NCBI GenBank assembly: GCA_002633005.1
Contig: NMRA01000102.1
Span: forward strand, 115,076 to 175,691
DNA length: 60,616 nt
Direction of reading: 5' to 3'
Origin: Phoronis australis
Lineage: Eukaryota; Animalia; Phoronida
In this document: piece by piece, positions 37,135 to 50,177 of the stretch
Layout: each line of letters starts with the position of its first letter
How positions within the stretch are numbered: position 1 is the first letter of the stretch
Notes under the pieces: generated by a model
The model's database searches: none
The model's input: only the letters and a program-made list of their open reading frames with translations
What the model was told of the DNA's origin: nothing
Program-made: the position numbers and the translations under genes

Positions 37135-39000
37135 AGGCCTATGGTCTGAATTATTGACAAAAAACTCTCGATGCTGTTCTAGCCTGTTTTTTGGCATGAC
37201 ATAAAGTTCAAAAAGCTATTAACTTTGAACAGGTGCAAAAAATTGAAAAAAAATCTGTTTTAATACTACAAATGAATGAAATGTTTACAAGGAATGAAAA
37301 GGATAGTCATTACAATACAAAAGATATTGCAACAATGCATACGCAGCCGCAAAGTTCTACAGAAATAAAAATGGCGGAGACTGGTAGTGTGCGGCCGAAG
37401 GCGAAATGCGGTCATCCTGCTATGAGATCCGAAGAAAAACGAGTTAGTACAAAAATCAGCATTACCAACAAACCGTATACCTAAGCGACTTGTTTGAAGG
37501 GTGGGAAAAAATGAGGACAAGATTGAATGTTCGAACTCGTGAAGATTTTGAAAGTCTTTCGATGAACAAGTAAGTGTGCTGTTTGTAAAATGTTCAGTGA
37601 CTCGTATATACGCTTAGAGCATTTACTGGGTAGTTGATGTCAGTCGGCATACATCAGACCTGAATCATTTTGAAGAGAGACAATTCGATCAGGTGTTCAG
37701 TTTTTGTCGTGTGATTTGTTGCACTTACTAATACTGAGTCACACTGGCCCAGATTAGTAATTAACAGTTGCAAGTGTTAGGCCCTTTCGTACTAACGTCG
37801 AGGCGTCGATGTTTTGGGGAGTTGTGGTCAGTATAAACGGTTAACTTCGGTCCTGGTTCAAAGTTAACAGCGCCAGTTAACTTGGTAGTAAGCAGGTGGA
37901 TTTAACACGTTGTCATAGTTGGTCTAGTTCATTGTCACTCCCTGTAACTGACTGTATCTGTGCTTTTAACAGGTTGTCATTGTTGGTCTAGTTCATTGTC
38001 ACTCCCTGTAACTGACTGTATCTGTGCTTCATTACTTGTTACTGGGCCTAGCTAGGTGGCCACTATTATTACTTCTGAGGATGGTGTTGAATGAATGACA
38101 CCAAAACATGTCAAGTCTTAAAACCGTTAGTGTTTTCTTCAATATATGCTGCTACTTGCTATCATGGAGAAATTACGAAAAGCTGTAATTAAGTGGAAAA
38201 TGTGTCTGGGATAACCAACGAACCTTATTTTTGCTAAAAAGACATGAAAAAAGGTTGCCTTAGCCTTTAAGCTGCATGAACAGAACAGGGTTTTATAGCC
38301 ACAGTAATTAGTCAGCGAAAAATGCAACTCTGTTGTCTCTGAATGTTGGTTTCTTATTGATTACTGATAGACAATGATAGTATGAACCTTGAGCTTGAAT
38401 AGTTACGTATGTGATAGCTTTATATTCATGCAATGGCTGCTGGTAGCACTTGGGGCATAACCATGTTGCCTTGGGTTCAATTTCCAGTCTTAGAGCTCAA
38501 GGATCCATTTATATCATTAAGTGTTTTGAAATGGCCATCAAAAGTTATGTTGCGATGAAGATTTATACCAAGAGTCAAATGGCAATATGTGCATTAGTTC
38601 TTGCATCATCTTTTTAAGTTGCAGCCTCTCACACTTGTTGATACTAGCATTCAGTCGGTGGCATGGTACGGCTATTATTACTTGTACCCAATGGTGGTTT
38701 TCTTTTCACTGTATCTTTGGTTTTGGTGTTTCAGTGCTCAATTATATTGTAACTTTTCACAGGTACTTCAATGAAAAATCCAAGAAGTATGCAGTCAGAG
38801 ATTAAGAAAGGTCTATACTACACTGCCACTGGCATCCATAATTAGCAGATGCTTGAGAGAACAAGGCGTGCACAAACTTGACACATGATTTCCAGGGGCC
38901 ACCCAGTCCATTGCTTGGAGGTCAATGGTCTTGCAATGGCAACAAATGTTAACTGATGTATCAAAAGAAACTATTACTGCTCTAGTGAACACTTGGCACT
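37135..39000 (+). mobile_element. Degraded Kolobok-like DNA transposon in an ADAT3 intron; right end not located
   Basis: TTAA|AGG start; relic ORF MAETGSVRPKAKCGHP...VYLSDLFEGWEKMRTRLNVRTREDF with a GTAAGT donor; a second frameshifted exon-like relic YFNEKSKKYAVR at about 38764. Confidence 0.4.
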
Positions 39001-39837
39001 ATTTTTAAAGTTACTTTTGCACAGTAGCTTGATGTGGACATAGACTGTATTCAATACAACAGGACACGGCCATATTTTCATCTTATTTGTTTACCGTACA
39101 GTGTATAAGTCTGAAATTTTACTTTTATAATAATCCATAGACAGTCTTTATGACTATTCATGTCAGAGACATACAGTCAGGGCTGTAATAATGTTTCCAT
39201 TTCACAATTGCCATGTAAAGGTTTAGTCGTGTAATCATTAATACGTAATAGCCTGGAAATAATTTGTACAAAATTTCTCAATAAGTAACAATTATGAATA
39301 TATTTTCAGATAATTTCTTTATTTGCTAAATTGAGTTAAATGTTTGTCTTAAACATTTATGTAGATTGCAAAACCAAATCTCTGTCTAAAGCCACTTTTC
39401 ATGAGACGCCTGGGGCGCTAGTACTTAAATTATGTCGTCACAATTATCGTACTGCCCGTCTCCCTATGCAAACGCACCTAAAGCGACAAAACAGGGCCCC
39501 TGTTTCATGCAAGGCCCTAAGCTTATCTTATGTAAGTCGATTACCTGGTTGCAACAAATTTTGAATCACTCCGCTAGGACGAGATGTGGACCATATTTTA
39601 CACAGGACCCCAAGCAGTAGCTTATTTAACTAAATGGATAATAAGGACTGCATACAGTACTAAACATGAATACGTGACAGTATACCAACAGCCCTGTCAG
39701 TATTCCCAAGTAGCACCCTCTCAGCCCATGCAAATTTGCTTTTTTTGTAATTCTCAAAGCCTATTTGGCTGTTCAATTGACACACAACAAAAATGTCTAG
39801 GTTTGTCATAGTTCAGTTTTGGACAGTTGTACCTATT

Positions 39838-40137
39838 CAGGGGAGGATCCAGGATTTTGAGTTGGGGGGCATGGCAAAGGAATAACCAGAATTTTGCCAC
39901 GTGCGCGCCCACCCTAAAATGTAGGGATGTAGGGGGTCTCAAATTTTTGGGTTTGTGGACCTTATTACTAAAAAACGGGGTTTGTTCAAGGCCTATGCAT
40001 TGTGCATTCATCCCGCGAGCCTCCCTGGGTGCACGCATATGCTAGTCAGCAATTCCCACCTCGAACTGCCAAATGGAATCTGGGAGAATTTTAGGGAGGC
40101 CATGGCCCTCTTGACCCCACCCCCAAATCCGCCACTG
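39838..40137. mobile_element. GC-rich MITE with a 5-bp TSD
   Basis: CAGGGGAGGATCCAGG...AAATCCGCCACTG flanked by CTATT on both sides. Confidence 0.8.
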
Positions 40138-41287
40138 CTATTGCTAGCTGTTACAGATGCAAGGGTGCATGGACAACACTAAGCTCCCTTATTAAGTAAA
40201 ACATTTTGACACAGACTGCACTCATATGAATCTAGGATGTTGCGGGGGCTGGGGAGGGTAGCCAGAGCTTTGGTAGGAAAATGATAAAAGGGTATTTCAA
40301 ACGTCATATCAGCAGTGTTTTCTTTCACAGTCACATGTGTACATAGTGAGGGTGCTTAACTGGATTTCCAAAACTTTTCTCGAGTCTGCTTAAGGTAGGT
40401 TTCTGCATTACAACTCATTCAGCAAGTTCCCCACGATTAATCATTGCTCATGTTTACACATTGATATTTTCATGTGTTATTGGGAACAATATATTTCAAC
40501 TGAAATGTGCAAGAAAATTTTAAAAAAATTGTGAGCTCCACCAAACTATTGTTTGCGGAACGGTTCCACATGCGGAACGGTTCCGCAACTGTCACATTGA
40601 TTAATTATTGAGAGTGGGCACATTATACTTTCAAGTGTTATTGAGAATAGAATGTAATTCATGTTTATTCGGCAAAGAGAAAATTAAAAATTTTAGTCCT
40701 GTGTGAAACTATTCTGTTTGTGCGTAATATTTCACAAATTTTGCGGAAATGAAAATGTAACATTGTAAACATGTTTAGGGTAAGGTATAGATTTGTTTCA
40801 TACCATTTTTATGGCCCTAAGTGGATATAAAAAAGTGCGGAACCGTTCCGCACACTTTGAGACTAAATATAAGATAGTCTCATTTGAAAAAAATCGCCTT
40901 CTTTATAAGAAAATAAGAAATACTCACAGGCATGAGCAAAATACAGGTGACAGGTTGCTTCTTATAGAACTTTTCACTGTAGTGGACACTCCTCAGCATC
41001 TGCCACAGGTAGACCTTAGTGAGAATCACAGCTGGGGATACTCACCACCACCCAGTGAGCATGGACTCATCAAGTTGAATACAATGCCCTCGTCCTCAGA
41101 TGTACTTGTACTTATGTGAAGCTGGAAAAAACAAACCACATTATTTTTGAGTTGCAATTTAAACATGACCTCAACATTATTGTTGGTGTCAGCGTAGCTG
41201 CGAACTAGTGTTGTTCTTCAAAAAACCACTGGCCCATTTTTAATGACGATTTAAGCCATTATAATTTTCAGCAGTTCATGTGGCATA

Positions 41288-42454
41288 TTTTTATGTGCCC
41301 ACATATTTGTATGTGGCGTCCGCAGGTGTATCCTAAACCTCTCACAGGATCTTGATGAAATTAGGCAGATGTGTTCCTATGAAGCTGACGATGGATGACG
41401 ACGAATTTCGGATCTATCTGACAGCAGGTGCGCCCCCTAGTGGCAATTTTAGTTTTTTATGTTTACCTCTTTATCAAAGGTCCTCAATGGATTTCTATAA
41501 AATTTAGCAGATAGGCATCTATTAGTGAGGTGACGCTATCCATTTGTTTTCGGATTAATTGAAGATATTTTGCACCACCTAGTGGCCATTTTTGCTAATT
41601 TTTGGCGTCCACCTCTGTCAAACAAACCATTCTAAGGAGTCTATGGATGATTGTGGAAATTGGCATGCATGTTCCTACTGTGAAGAGGACGGCTGTTGAT
41701 GATTTTCCGACTACCTCGACTACTGTGGCACCTCCTGGTGGCAGTTTTGTTTATTTACGCCCCTAGCTGTATCTCCCAAACTCTCTGCAGGATCTTTAGT
41801 AAATTTAGCAAGTGTATTTTTGTGAAGTTCACAATGGACGCGATGACTTTCAGACGACATGACAAATGCTGTGCCCCCTATTGGCAATTTAATTTTCTTC
41901 TGTTTTCTTTTTTCTCTAATTCAGGGTTCTTGACAGATCTTTATGAAATTTGATAAATAGTTTTTAATTGAAACGATGACATGTCCCTGTTTTCAGATGG
42001 ATTTGACAGTATGTTGTGCTCTTTGGTGGCCATTTTTTCTATTTTGTAGTCTGTTTTTACGTCTGCCCCTCTATCAACCAAATCACTCTAAGTATGATTG
42101 TGAAAATTGGCATATATGTTCTTTGTGTGAAGAGGACGGTTGACGATGATTCTCCGATGACTTCGACTACTGTGCCATCTTCTAGTGGCATTTATGTTTT
42201 TTTGCACCCATAGCCCCCTAGTAGCAATTTCATTTTTCTGTTTTCCTCTGTTTTTCTGAAGTTCCCTGACGGATTTTTATATTTGGTAAATAGCTTTCTA
42301 TTAAAGAAGCAATGATAAGTTCCCATTTTTGGATGGATTCGACTTATTTTGCGACATCTAGTGGCCATTTCTGAGATACAAATAAACACCCTTAGAAGCA
42401 CACAGTTTGTGGTGCCTTCGTGGGCGCATTTCAACGCTCCGTGTTGCTCTTGTT
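41288..42454 (+). mobile_element. Apparently complete HINE/DINE-1-like element
   Basis: 5' TTTTTATGTGCCCACATATTTGTATGTGG, about 8 monomers, 3' GTGGGCGCATTTCAACGCTCCGTGTTGCTCTTGTT. Confidence 0.8.
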
Positions 42455-42810
42455 AATGATACTTGGCAAATATGTTTCATTACAGGTTTTCATTTTTGTT
42501 ACCTAGTAAACTTGTATGATTACTGATGAAAGAAAATAACAAGAGGGACTTGATAACAACACTAAAGTTATGTAGGAACTGGTTCTATTGTGTTAAAAAA
42601 CAAGAGTGTCTCTTGCCTTGAATTCAAAGCATACCTGCGTGTGAAGAGACCGAACATCAATTGCCATGTAAGCTCATTACTCTGCACATGACTCAGTACT
42701 TAAATCATGTTGTCACTGTTGCTTGAGTTGTGTTGTTTGTTGCTGGTGCAGTGGTGATGCACACTACGATGATCCTTTAAAAACATGACAATCATACAAT
42801 CATCCTTACC

Positions 42811-43370
42811 GTGATGGGACAGTCTCATACTGTATTCCCTACCTTGATGGGACAGTCTCACATTGTATTCCTTGCTGTCATGGGACAGTCTGATTCTGTA
42901 TTTCTTGCTGATGGTACACTCTCATATTCTATTCCTTGCTGTGATGAGACAGTCTCATACTGTATTCCCTACCTTGATGGGACTGTCTCATATTGTATTC
43001 CTTGTTGTGATGGGACAGTCTCATTCTGTATTCCTTGCTATGCTGAGACAGTCTCATATTCTATTCCTTGCTGTGGTGGGATAGTCTCGTACTGTATTCC
43101 TTGCTGTGATGGGACCGTCTCATATTGTATTCCTTGCTATGATGGGACAGCCTCATACTTTACTCTTTGCTGATGGGACAGTCTCATACTGTATTCCTTG
43201 CTGTGATAGGACAGTCTCATACTGTATTCCTTACTGTGATGGGACAGTCTCATATTGTATTCCTTGCTGTGATGGGACAGTCTCATATTGTATTCCTTGC
43301 TGTGATGGAACAGTCTCATATTGTATTCCTTGCTGTGATGGGATGGTCTCATATTGTATTCCTTACCTTG
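42811..43370. repeat. 33-bp minisatellite, about 17 copies
   Basis: GTGATGGGACAGTCTCATATTGTATTCCTTGCT repeated. Confidence 0.95.
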
Positions 43371-43414
43371 ATAAGATTCCATTTCCTCTACCATTACAAT
43401 AGAACCTCACCAAT

Positions 43415-44918
43415 GTGACGATTTTGACTACTGTGGTGCCTTGAGTGGCAGTTTTTTTTTTGCGTCTATGGCTGTGTCTCCTAAACCTTTGCAGGATCTT
43501 TGCTAAATTTAGCAAGTGCATTTATATAATGTTGACAACAGATGACAACAACTTTTGGACAGATGTGACTACCAGTGTGCTCCATAGTGGCAATTTTAGT
43601 TTTTAGGTTTACCTCTGTATCTTCAAATGTCCTCAACTGATTTTCATAAAATTTGGAATAAATGCATCTATTGGTGAGATGATGCTATGCTATTGTTTAG
43701 CACCACCTAGTACCCATTTTTATGCGCCCTCACATATTTATATGTGTACGCATTATGCCATCATCTCTCTCCGTCCAGTGTCCGTTGCTGTATCTCCAAA
43801 ACCCTGTGCTGTATGTTCATGAAATTGTGTTCGTTCATGGATGGGATGGCTTGAGCGAATTTTCAGATGCATTCGACTACCGGTGTGCCCCCTAGTGGCA
43901 ATTTTAGTTTTGTACGCTTACCTCCTTATCTTCAAAGGTCCCTGCGTATTTTCATAAAATTTGGCATATAGGCATCTATTAGTGAGGTGACTCTATCCTT
44001 CAATTTTTGGATGAATTCGACGTAGTTTGCACTACCTAGTGGCCATTTTTGCTGTTTTTGAGTCTGTTATTTGGCATCCACCCCTCTATCAATGGCTGAA
44101 GAAGATTTTCAGATGACTTTGACTGCTGTGGCACCTCCTAGTGGCAGTTTTTTTGTGCCCATGGCTGTATCTCCTAAACAGTTGCAGGATCTTTACTAAA
44201 TTTAGCAAATGTATTTATGTGACGTTGACAACGAACTATGTCATCTTTTGGATGGATCTGACTACCGTGGTTCCTTGTGGCAATTTTAGTTATTTATGTT
44301 TACCTCTGTATCTTCAAAGGTCCTCAACGGATTTGGAATATAGGCATCTATTTGTTAGGTAATGCTATCCTCCCATTTTTGGATGGAATCGACTTTGTGC
44401 CACCTAGTCTCCAGTTTTTGCTGTTTTTTGGTGTCCACCCCTCGATCAACCAAACCATTCTAAGGATGATTTTGAAAATTAGGTATATGTTCTCAGTGTG
44501 AAGAGGACAGTTGACAATGAGAACTCCGACTACTGTAGTGCCTTCTAGTGGTAGTTTAGCTTGTTTTGTGCCCAAATTTGCATCTTCTAAAGCCACTGCA
44601 GGATCTTTATTACATTTAGTAATTGTCTTTATATGAAGCTAACAACAGACAACAGCGTCTTTCAGGCGGATCCAATGAACATTTTAGCCTTTAGTGGCAA
44701 TTTTATTTTTTCCGGTTTCCTTTTACTTCTCTGACGATGTTTATGAAATTTTTCAATAGCTTTCTATTAAAGAAGCGATGGCATGTTCCCATTTTTAGAT
44801 GAATTGGACGTTTTTGCACCATCTAGTGGCCATTTTTATGAAAAAGATAAACAACCATAGAAGCACACTGTTTGGGGTGCATTCGTGGGCGTGTTTCAAC
44901 GTTCCGCGTTTCTCTTAT
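43415..44918 (+). mobile_element. HINE/DINE-1-like elements: a fragment at 43415-43716 plus a full copy from 43717
   Basis: 5' hairpin at 43717, monomer array, 3' stem-loop ending about 11 nt before the ADAT3 acceptor. Confidence 0.8.
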
Positions 44919-44929
44919 TTGTTTTTCAG

Positions 44930-44984
44930 CTGAAGTTATGGTGGCTGATATCAAGGATAAAAAGTGCACTTCTCGTTTAATAAG
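44930..44984 (+). CDS. ADAT3: ADAT3 coding exon 3
   Basis: ttttcAG...GTATTT; EVMVADIKDKKCTSRLI(R). Confidence 0.85.
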
Positions 44985-46032
44985 GTATTTATTGTTCTTT
45001 ATGCTAATTTTAATAATTACAATATGTTCTGAACAACCAGTTTGTGTTTAATACTGGCACCACTTGGCAAGTGTGATTCTTATTCAAATTTGGTGCTCAA
45101 TCAAAAATGTAATAAACCCGCCTTTTATAGTGAAATATAATTTGGTGCTCAATTAAAAGTGCAATAAACCTACCTTTTATCGTGAAATATAACTTTTGTT
45201 TTACACCACTTACTGTTATGAATTTGAACTCAAATTGTTTCTTAGTCTAATTGTAGATTGTTTCCAAGATTAGAAATAATTAGCATTTCATTATTGCTTG
45301 ATACCAGACTCTAGAATTTTGTCACGACATGTCATTTTATGTGGTGAGCATGGTCTCAACAAAAAATGAGATGTCAGTTCTTTGGAACACGGAAATCACT
45401 TCTCTGAGTAAAGAACATGCTGTGACCTATTTTTAGGTGACCTATTTTTAGTGATATGTGGTCGAAATGGAAAGTCTACAGCTTGGACATAATGCCTGTT
45501 TTGTAGTCACTTAAAATCAAATAAACAATGGTAGTGCATGTAAGTAAGATGAATATGAAATAAATGACTTCAGTGATTACTGAGAATGATTGATAACTTT
45601 TTGTATTTACATTGTATACAATGTCTAGTCTGTCACTGGTAAATCAGTCCATCGTAGTCAAGGAAATAGAAAATAAAAAATCTACAATGGCACCACAGTT
45701 CAAAAAAACAACTGAGAACAGTTTGACGCCAGTAACAGCAGTAAATACACACGATCAAAACTATCCCCTTAGGGTGGGCTCATTAGATCCCAGGTTGCCA
45801 TCCAGTGACCCCCCTAGCATTCAGCTAACCAGACTGACTTTGGTGTCCAATCTAAATGTATTACATCACTATGAAGAAGCGTTGGTTAGTGTAAGCCATT
45901 ACCTGCCCTGATATTGTAGAATGAATACAGAGGGCACTACTGTCACTTTCAGAATGCTCCTTTTGCTCTTTGACCTAATCTCCTACTTGCCATGACCATG
46001 TGTGATTCAGTCAGTCAAATCTTCGATTTCAG

Positions 46033-46103
46033 AGAACTTTCACAACAATTCCCGTTGCCTCTGTTGTCACATCTGAAAAGAGTGAGAAATAACAAACAAG
46101 AAG
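46033..46103 (+). CDS. ADAT3: ADAT3 coding exon 4
   Basis: ELSQQFPLPLLSHLKRVRNNKQE, containing the ADAT3/Tad3 HLKRV motif. Confidence 0.9.
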
Positions 46104-46332
46104 GTACTAGTTCAAATTATTTTTATTTTCGATAGGAGTGTTGCTACTTGCTGTAATGGTTAATCATTGACAGTAGAATTGCTTTTATTTTGAAAGTTTT
46201 TTTTTCAATGGAGAGCTCAGAGATCACTAGGTGGCACTGGTGAAACTGCAGTCATTTTGTGTCACTTGGGATGTGCATTCTGTTGACCAAGTTTCTTGTG
46301 AGAAAATCAAGGTTGATGAGATCACACATCCT

Positions 46333-46466
46333 AGTGAGATATCACTATGCATTACAAGCAAAGCACAAGATCACAATGTCTCAATGAGATATCACCATGC
46401 ATTACAAGCAAAGCGCAAGATCACAATATCTTAATGAGATATCACCATGCATTACAAGCAAAGCAC
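46333..46466. repeat. About 50-bp tandem repeat, about 2.7 copies
   Basis: TGAGATATCACCATGCATTACAAGCAAAGC repeated. Confidence 0.85.
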
Positions 46467-46825
46467 AGCACCAGCTTTACTTGCAAGTGACTTGCATCTA
46501 TGCAACAGAGGTGTGTTCTGTAGTGTACAATACACTGGCAAGATACATCTGGCTAGAGATCTTTGCTTATTGAAGGCAAACTTTGAATTTTCTCACATAA
46601 TTCACTTTAGTGGCGGCCATTTTTCTAGGCTATGGTTTTAAAGGCATAAACTTACTTAACAAACACTCACCTTTCACTGTGACATGTGTTTTGGCATGGT
46701 CTTGTATTATCTCCTCTCGAGAGCCTTGTTGTGCTGGTGAGGTAGTCACTTAACATGCTATTACAAGAATATAAAAAAACAGTGCCGGTGGCCTGATGTC
46801 ATTTGCGGTGCATCAGGCGTGTACA

Positions 46826-47712
46826 GGCCTCATGGTTGGGCCCACTGCACAAAGCAGGAGAGCCCCATTATGTTTCTTCGTGAAGGAAGTTTTCAAGTTT
46901 GCTAGTCTCCTTTAAGAAAACGGACAAGAATATCCCCATGTTGGTGATCTTTCTGTTTTCATTGTATTCAGATGATAAATGAAGTCAGTTGGTTCATCAG
47001 CACCACCTAGTGAGTGACCAGTCCTGTAGTTTCTGCTTGAGAAAAATGCCACCTGTTTTCTTGTTACGTTGAAGTCTCTCCAAGTTAGAACACCGTACTG
47101 AAGACAAGATTTTTTTCTAAATAAGTGCTTTATCGTTTTATTTATTTATTAATGTAATATTTACATTGAGGGTAGCCCCATCAGTTCACACTGCTTTCCA
47201 TGGTGCCCTCAGTTCCACGGGTGAGAAACAACATGACCGCCGGTCCTCTAAACAGGACCTCCGGGGATCAAATGGGACCGCCGCACCAGAAAATGGGACT
47301 GACGCACCCAAAAACATGACCNGGCCTCATGGTTGGGCCCACTGCACAAAGCAGGAGAGCCCCATTATGTTTCTTCGTGAAGGAAGTTTTCAAGTTTGCT
47401 AGTCTCCTTTAAGAAAACGGACAAGAATATCCCCATGTTGGTGATCTTTCTGTTTTCATTGTATTCAGATGATAAATGAAGTCAGTTGGTTCATCAGCAC
47501 CACCTAGTGAGTGACCAGTCCTGTAGTTTCTGCTTGAGAAAAATGCCACCTGTTTTCTTGTTACGTTGAAGTCTCTCCAAGTTAGAACACCGTACTGAAG
47601 ACAAGATTTTTTTCTTAATAAGTGCTTTATCGTTTTATTTATTTATTAATGTAATATTTACATTGAGGGTAGCCCCATCAGTTCACACTGCTTTCCATGG
47701 TGCCCTCAGTTC
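46826..47712. other. 390-bp near-perfect direct duplication around a single N, probably an assembly or haplotype overlap
   Basis: 46826-47215 equals 47323-47712; N at 47322. Confidence 0.8.
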
Positions 47713-47749
47713 TATTCCATAATTATTGCCTAACACTGTTTTGAGAAAC

Positions 47750-48182
47750 TGATCATTCACAACAACGACTCTGACCATTCACAACAATCACTGTGGCCTT
47801 CCACAACAATGACTGTACTGTAACCATTCACAACAATGACTGTGGTCATTCACAACAATGACTGTGGCCATTCACAACAATGACAGGTCATTCACAACAA
47901 TGACTGTGGTCATTCACAACAATGACTGGTCATTCACAACCAGTGTGGCCATTCACAATAAAGAGTGGCCATTCACAACAAGGACTGCAGCCATTCACAG
48001 CAACAATTGTGGCCATTCACAACGACTGTGGCCATTCACAACATTGAGTGTGGCCATTCACAACAAGGACTGCATCCATTCACAGCAACAACTGTGGCCA
48101 TTCACAACAACGACTTTGGTCATTCACAACAATGACTGTGGCCATTCACAACAATGATTGTGGCCATTCACAGCAATGACTG
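47750..48182. repeat. About 22-bp degenerate minisatellite, about 20 copies
   Basis: CATTCACAACAATGACTGTGGC variants. Confidence 0.95.
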
Positions 48183-48449
48183 AAATTGGTTAGATTTTAC
48201 CGTGGAGCAGAGTTAAGTAACGTCTATAATCATGTATCTGTTCACGTGAACTGGGAATCTTGTATACATTGATTTCACAGTAATGCACAGCAATCCTAGT
48301 TAAACAAATACAAATGTAACATACACTCAGTGTATAGTCTTATTTATCAATGGTATGATTACTCATGAGTCAATTCTAGACTGAATGTTAGCTTGCCGTG
48401 ATACACTGAAATCGCCTGGAGACATGAGCGTTCTAATTATTTATTTCAG

Positions 48450-48663
48450 GAAACAAGCTCCAAATTATTGTGTGTGAAGCATGCAAAGTACTGCAGACAA
48501 CAGTTCCTCCTACTGTTCATGACTTCCTTAAACACAAGAGTGTCAACAGTAGCGGGCTAGACAGCTGGAGGCGCACCCTGGTGCCCAAAGTCTTACCTAG
48601 AACCAAACCACAATACAACGCTGCATCCAAACATTGGCCTGTAAACTTCCATGAAAACAAAAC
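48450..48663 (+). CDS. ADAT3: ADAT3 coding exon 5
   Basis: NKLQIIV...VPKVLPRTKPQYNAASKHWPVNFHENK, containing the ADAT3 VP..P.T..Q......WP..FH motif. Confidence 0.92.
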
Positions 48664-48837
48664 GTAAATTCCGATAGTTTAACTTTCAAATTATAACTAA
48701 GTGTTGAGCAATTTTTTCTTAGATATGATGTCAACAGCAATTTCTCTGTTGTAAGTTGGAAAGTTTTATGTTCATTCCCAAAACGATAACAAGTGCTGTG
48801 AAAATTGCACCATCGTTGTGGTCATATTTAAAGGCTG

Positions 48838-48995
48838 CTCCAATGTAGTCAGTGTGGTTTGTACTAGAGTTGGACGGGGACAAGAAGATCTCAATGTAGT
48901 CAGTGTGGTTTGTACTAGAGTTGGACGGGGACAGGAAGATCTCAATGTTGTCAGTGTGGTTTGTATGAAAGTTGGACGGGGACAAGAAGATCTCA
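48838..48995. repeat. 51-bp tandem repeat, 3 copies
   Basis: CAATGTAGTCAGTGTGGTTTGTACTAGAGTTGGACGGGGACAAGAAGATCT repeated. Confidence 0.9.
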
Positions 48996-49075
48996 AGCAC
49001 CCAGAGCTCCATGTTATTGCAACAATTAATTACGTGGTTGCTAGGCTTACTAATTTTCATTACATTGCCTTGTAG

Positions 49076-49187
49076 AGTCACACTGTCATTGGAAGGCAAA
49101 CTATTTAGGGACAGCCAATTAGATGTTATTGAAAGACACATGAAGACTGCTGTGGAAATGGCTCAATTGGCCTCCCAGTGTGGCATG
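49076..49187 (+). CDS. ADAT3: ADAT3 coding exon 6
   Basis: VTLSLEGKLFRDSQLDVIERHMKTAVEMAQLASQCGM with canonical AG/GT. Confidence 0.9.
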
Positions 49188-49416
49188 GTAATTAGTCTTA
49201 TCACAATTATTTTAACTCGTTCAATGCCAACTGCCCCGTTCTGTGACTTACCCATTCTCTGGCACATGGACCAGTTAGTGAGTTGTTTACTTGCCTGGTG
49301 TCTTGAGTAGAAATGAGAGCATGAAATTTCTTTCATCCACCATATATGTATCCCATTGTATATTGCATCTGTGTATGCAAGCGTGCTTGTTGTTGATTAT
49401 TGAAACACTTGTGTAG

Positions 49417-49573
49417 GTTCCTCAAGGTGTCAATGTTGTCGACCCCGATACAGAGGAATCTGTTGCCAAATGCTTCGACCGTCGCTGTGGTAGCCACCCT
49501 CTACATCATGCCAGCATGGTGGCTATTGACCTGGTAGCTAGAAGTCAAACAGGTGGCACTTACTCCTTCCAAG
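49417..49573 (+). CDS. ADAT3: ADAT3 coding exon 7
   Basis: VVDP...HPLHHASMVAIDLVARSQTGG: deaminase H-x-E motif lacking the Glu. Confidence 0.93.
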
Positions 49574-50177
49574 GTAAATATAAAGGACAGATAAAGAGTT
49601 GCAAGTAAGTGGGTACTGTGCAATTTATCCAAAAACATTTATGGGACAAATTTGATTGATGACGAAGCAGGAGATGCTGCAAAATGTGAGAGTGTATGGA
49701 TTAATAGTTGGTATTACCAGCAGTAGTCACCTATAGGGGTCCTAGAAGCCACTTTGATACCTGCTATTCAGTGGAGAAAACCGGATCTCAAAATGTGACT
49801 GCTACCAAATTACCTGATGTTCTGTAATTAGGATGTCATTTAAAATAGAATTAAAATCAAGATAGTGTATTTTAGATTTATTTTCTAACTTAACAGTTGT
49901 GTACAAATGCTAAACTGTGTGAACTGGTAAAGTTGCATCTGCTTGTGTAATATGTGATAAAACCAAATACTTAATTCTTTTATCTGAATATTATGGATTG
50001 ATATCTAATGTATTGTTTCGTGTTATGCTGTATGGCCCCACTATTTAGGTTCATTAGAGGAACATAATTAGGAGATTAATTTTGTGATCCATAGGCTGAA
50101 CAGGCTGACCCTGTGTTTCTTAATGGATGTCAAAGTGAATTTCATCTTGGTTCAGGTTTTGTTAATTAATGTTTCAG

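Noticed and set aside
42811-43418. Cys-rich ORFs (CCDGTVSYCIP)n resembling metallothionein or keratin-associated proteins
   Set aside because: Translation of a 33-bp intronic minisatellite that is open in several frames; no splice or start context.
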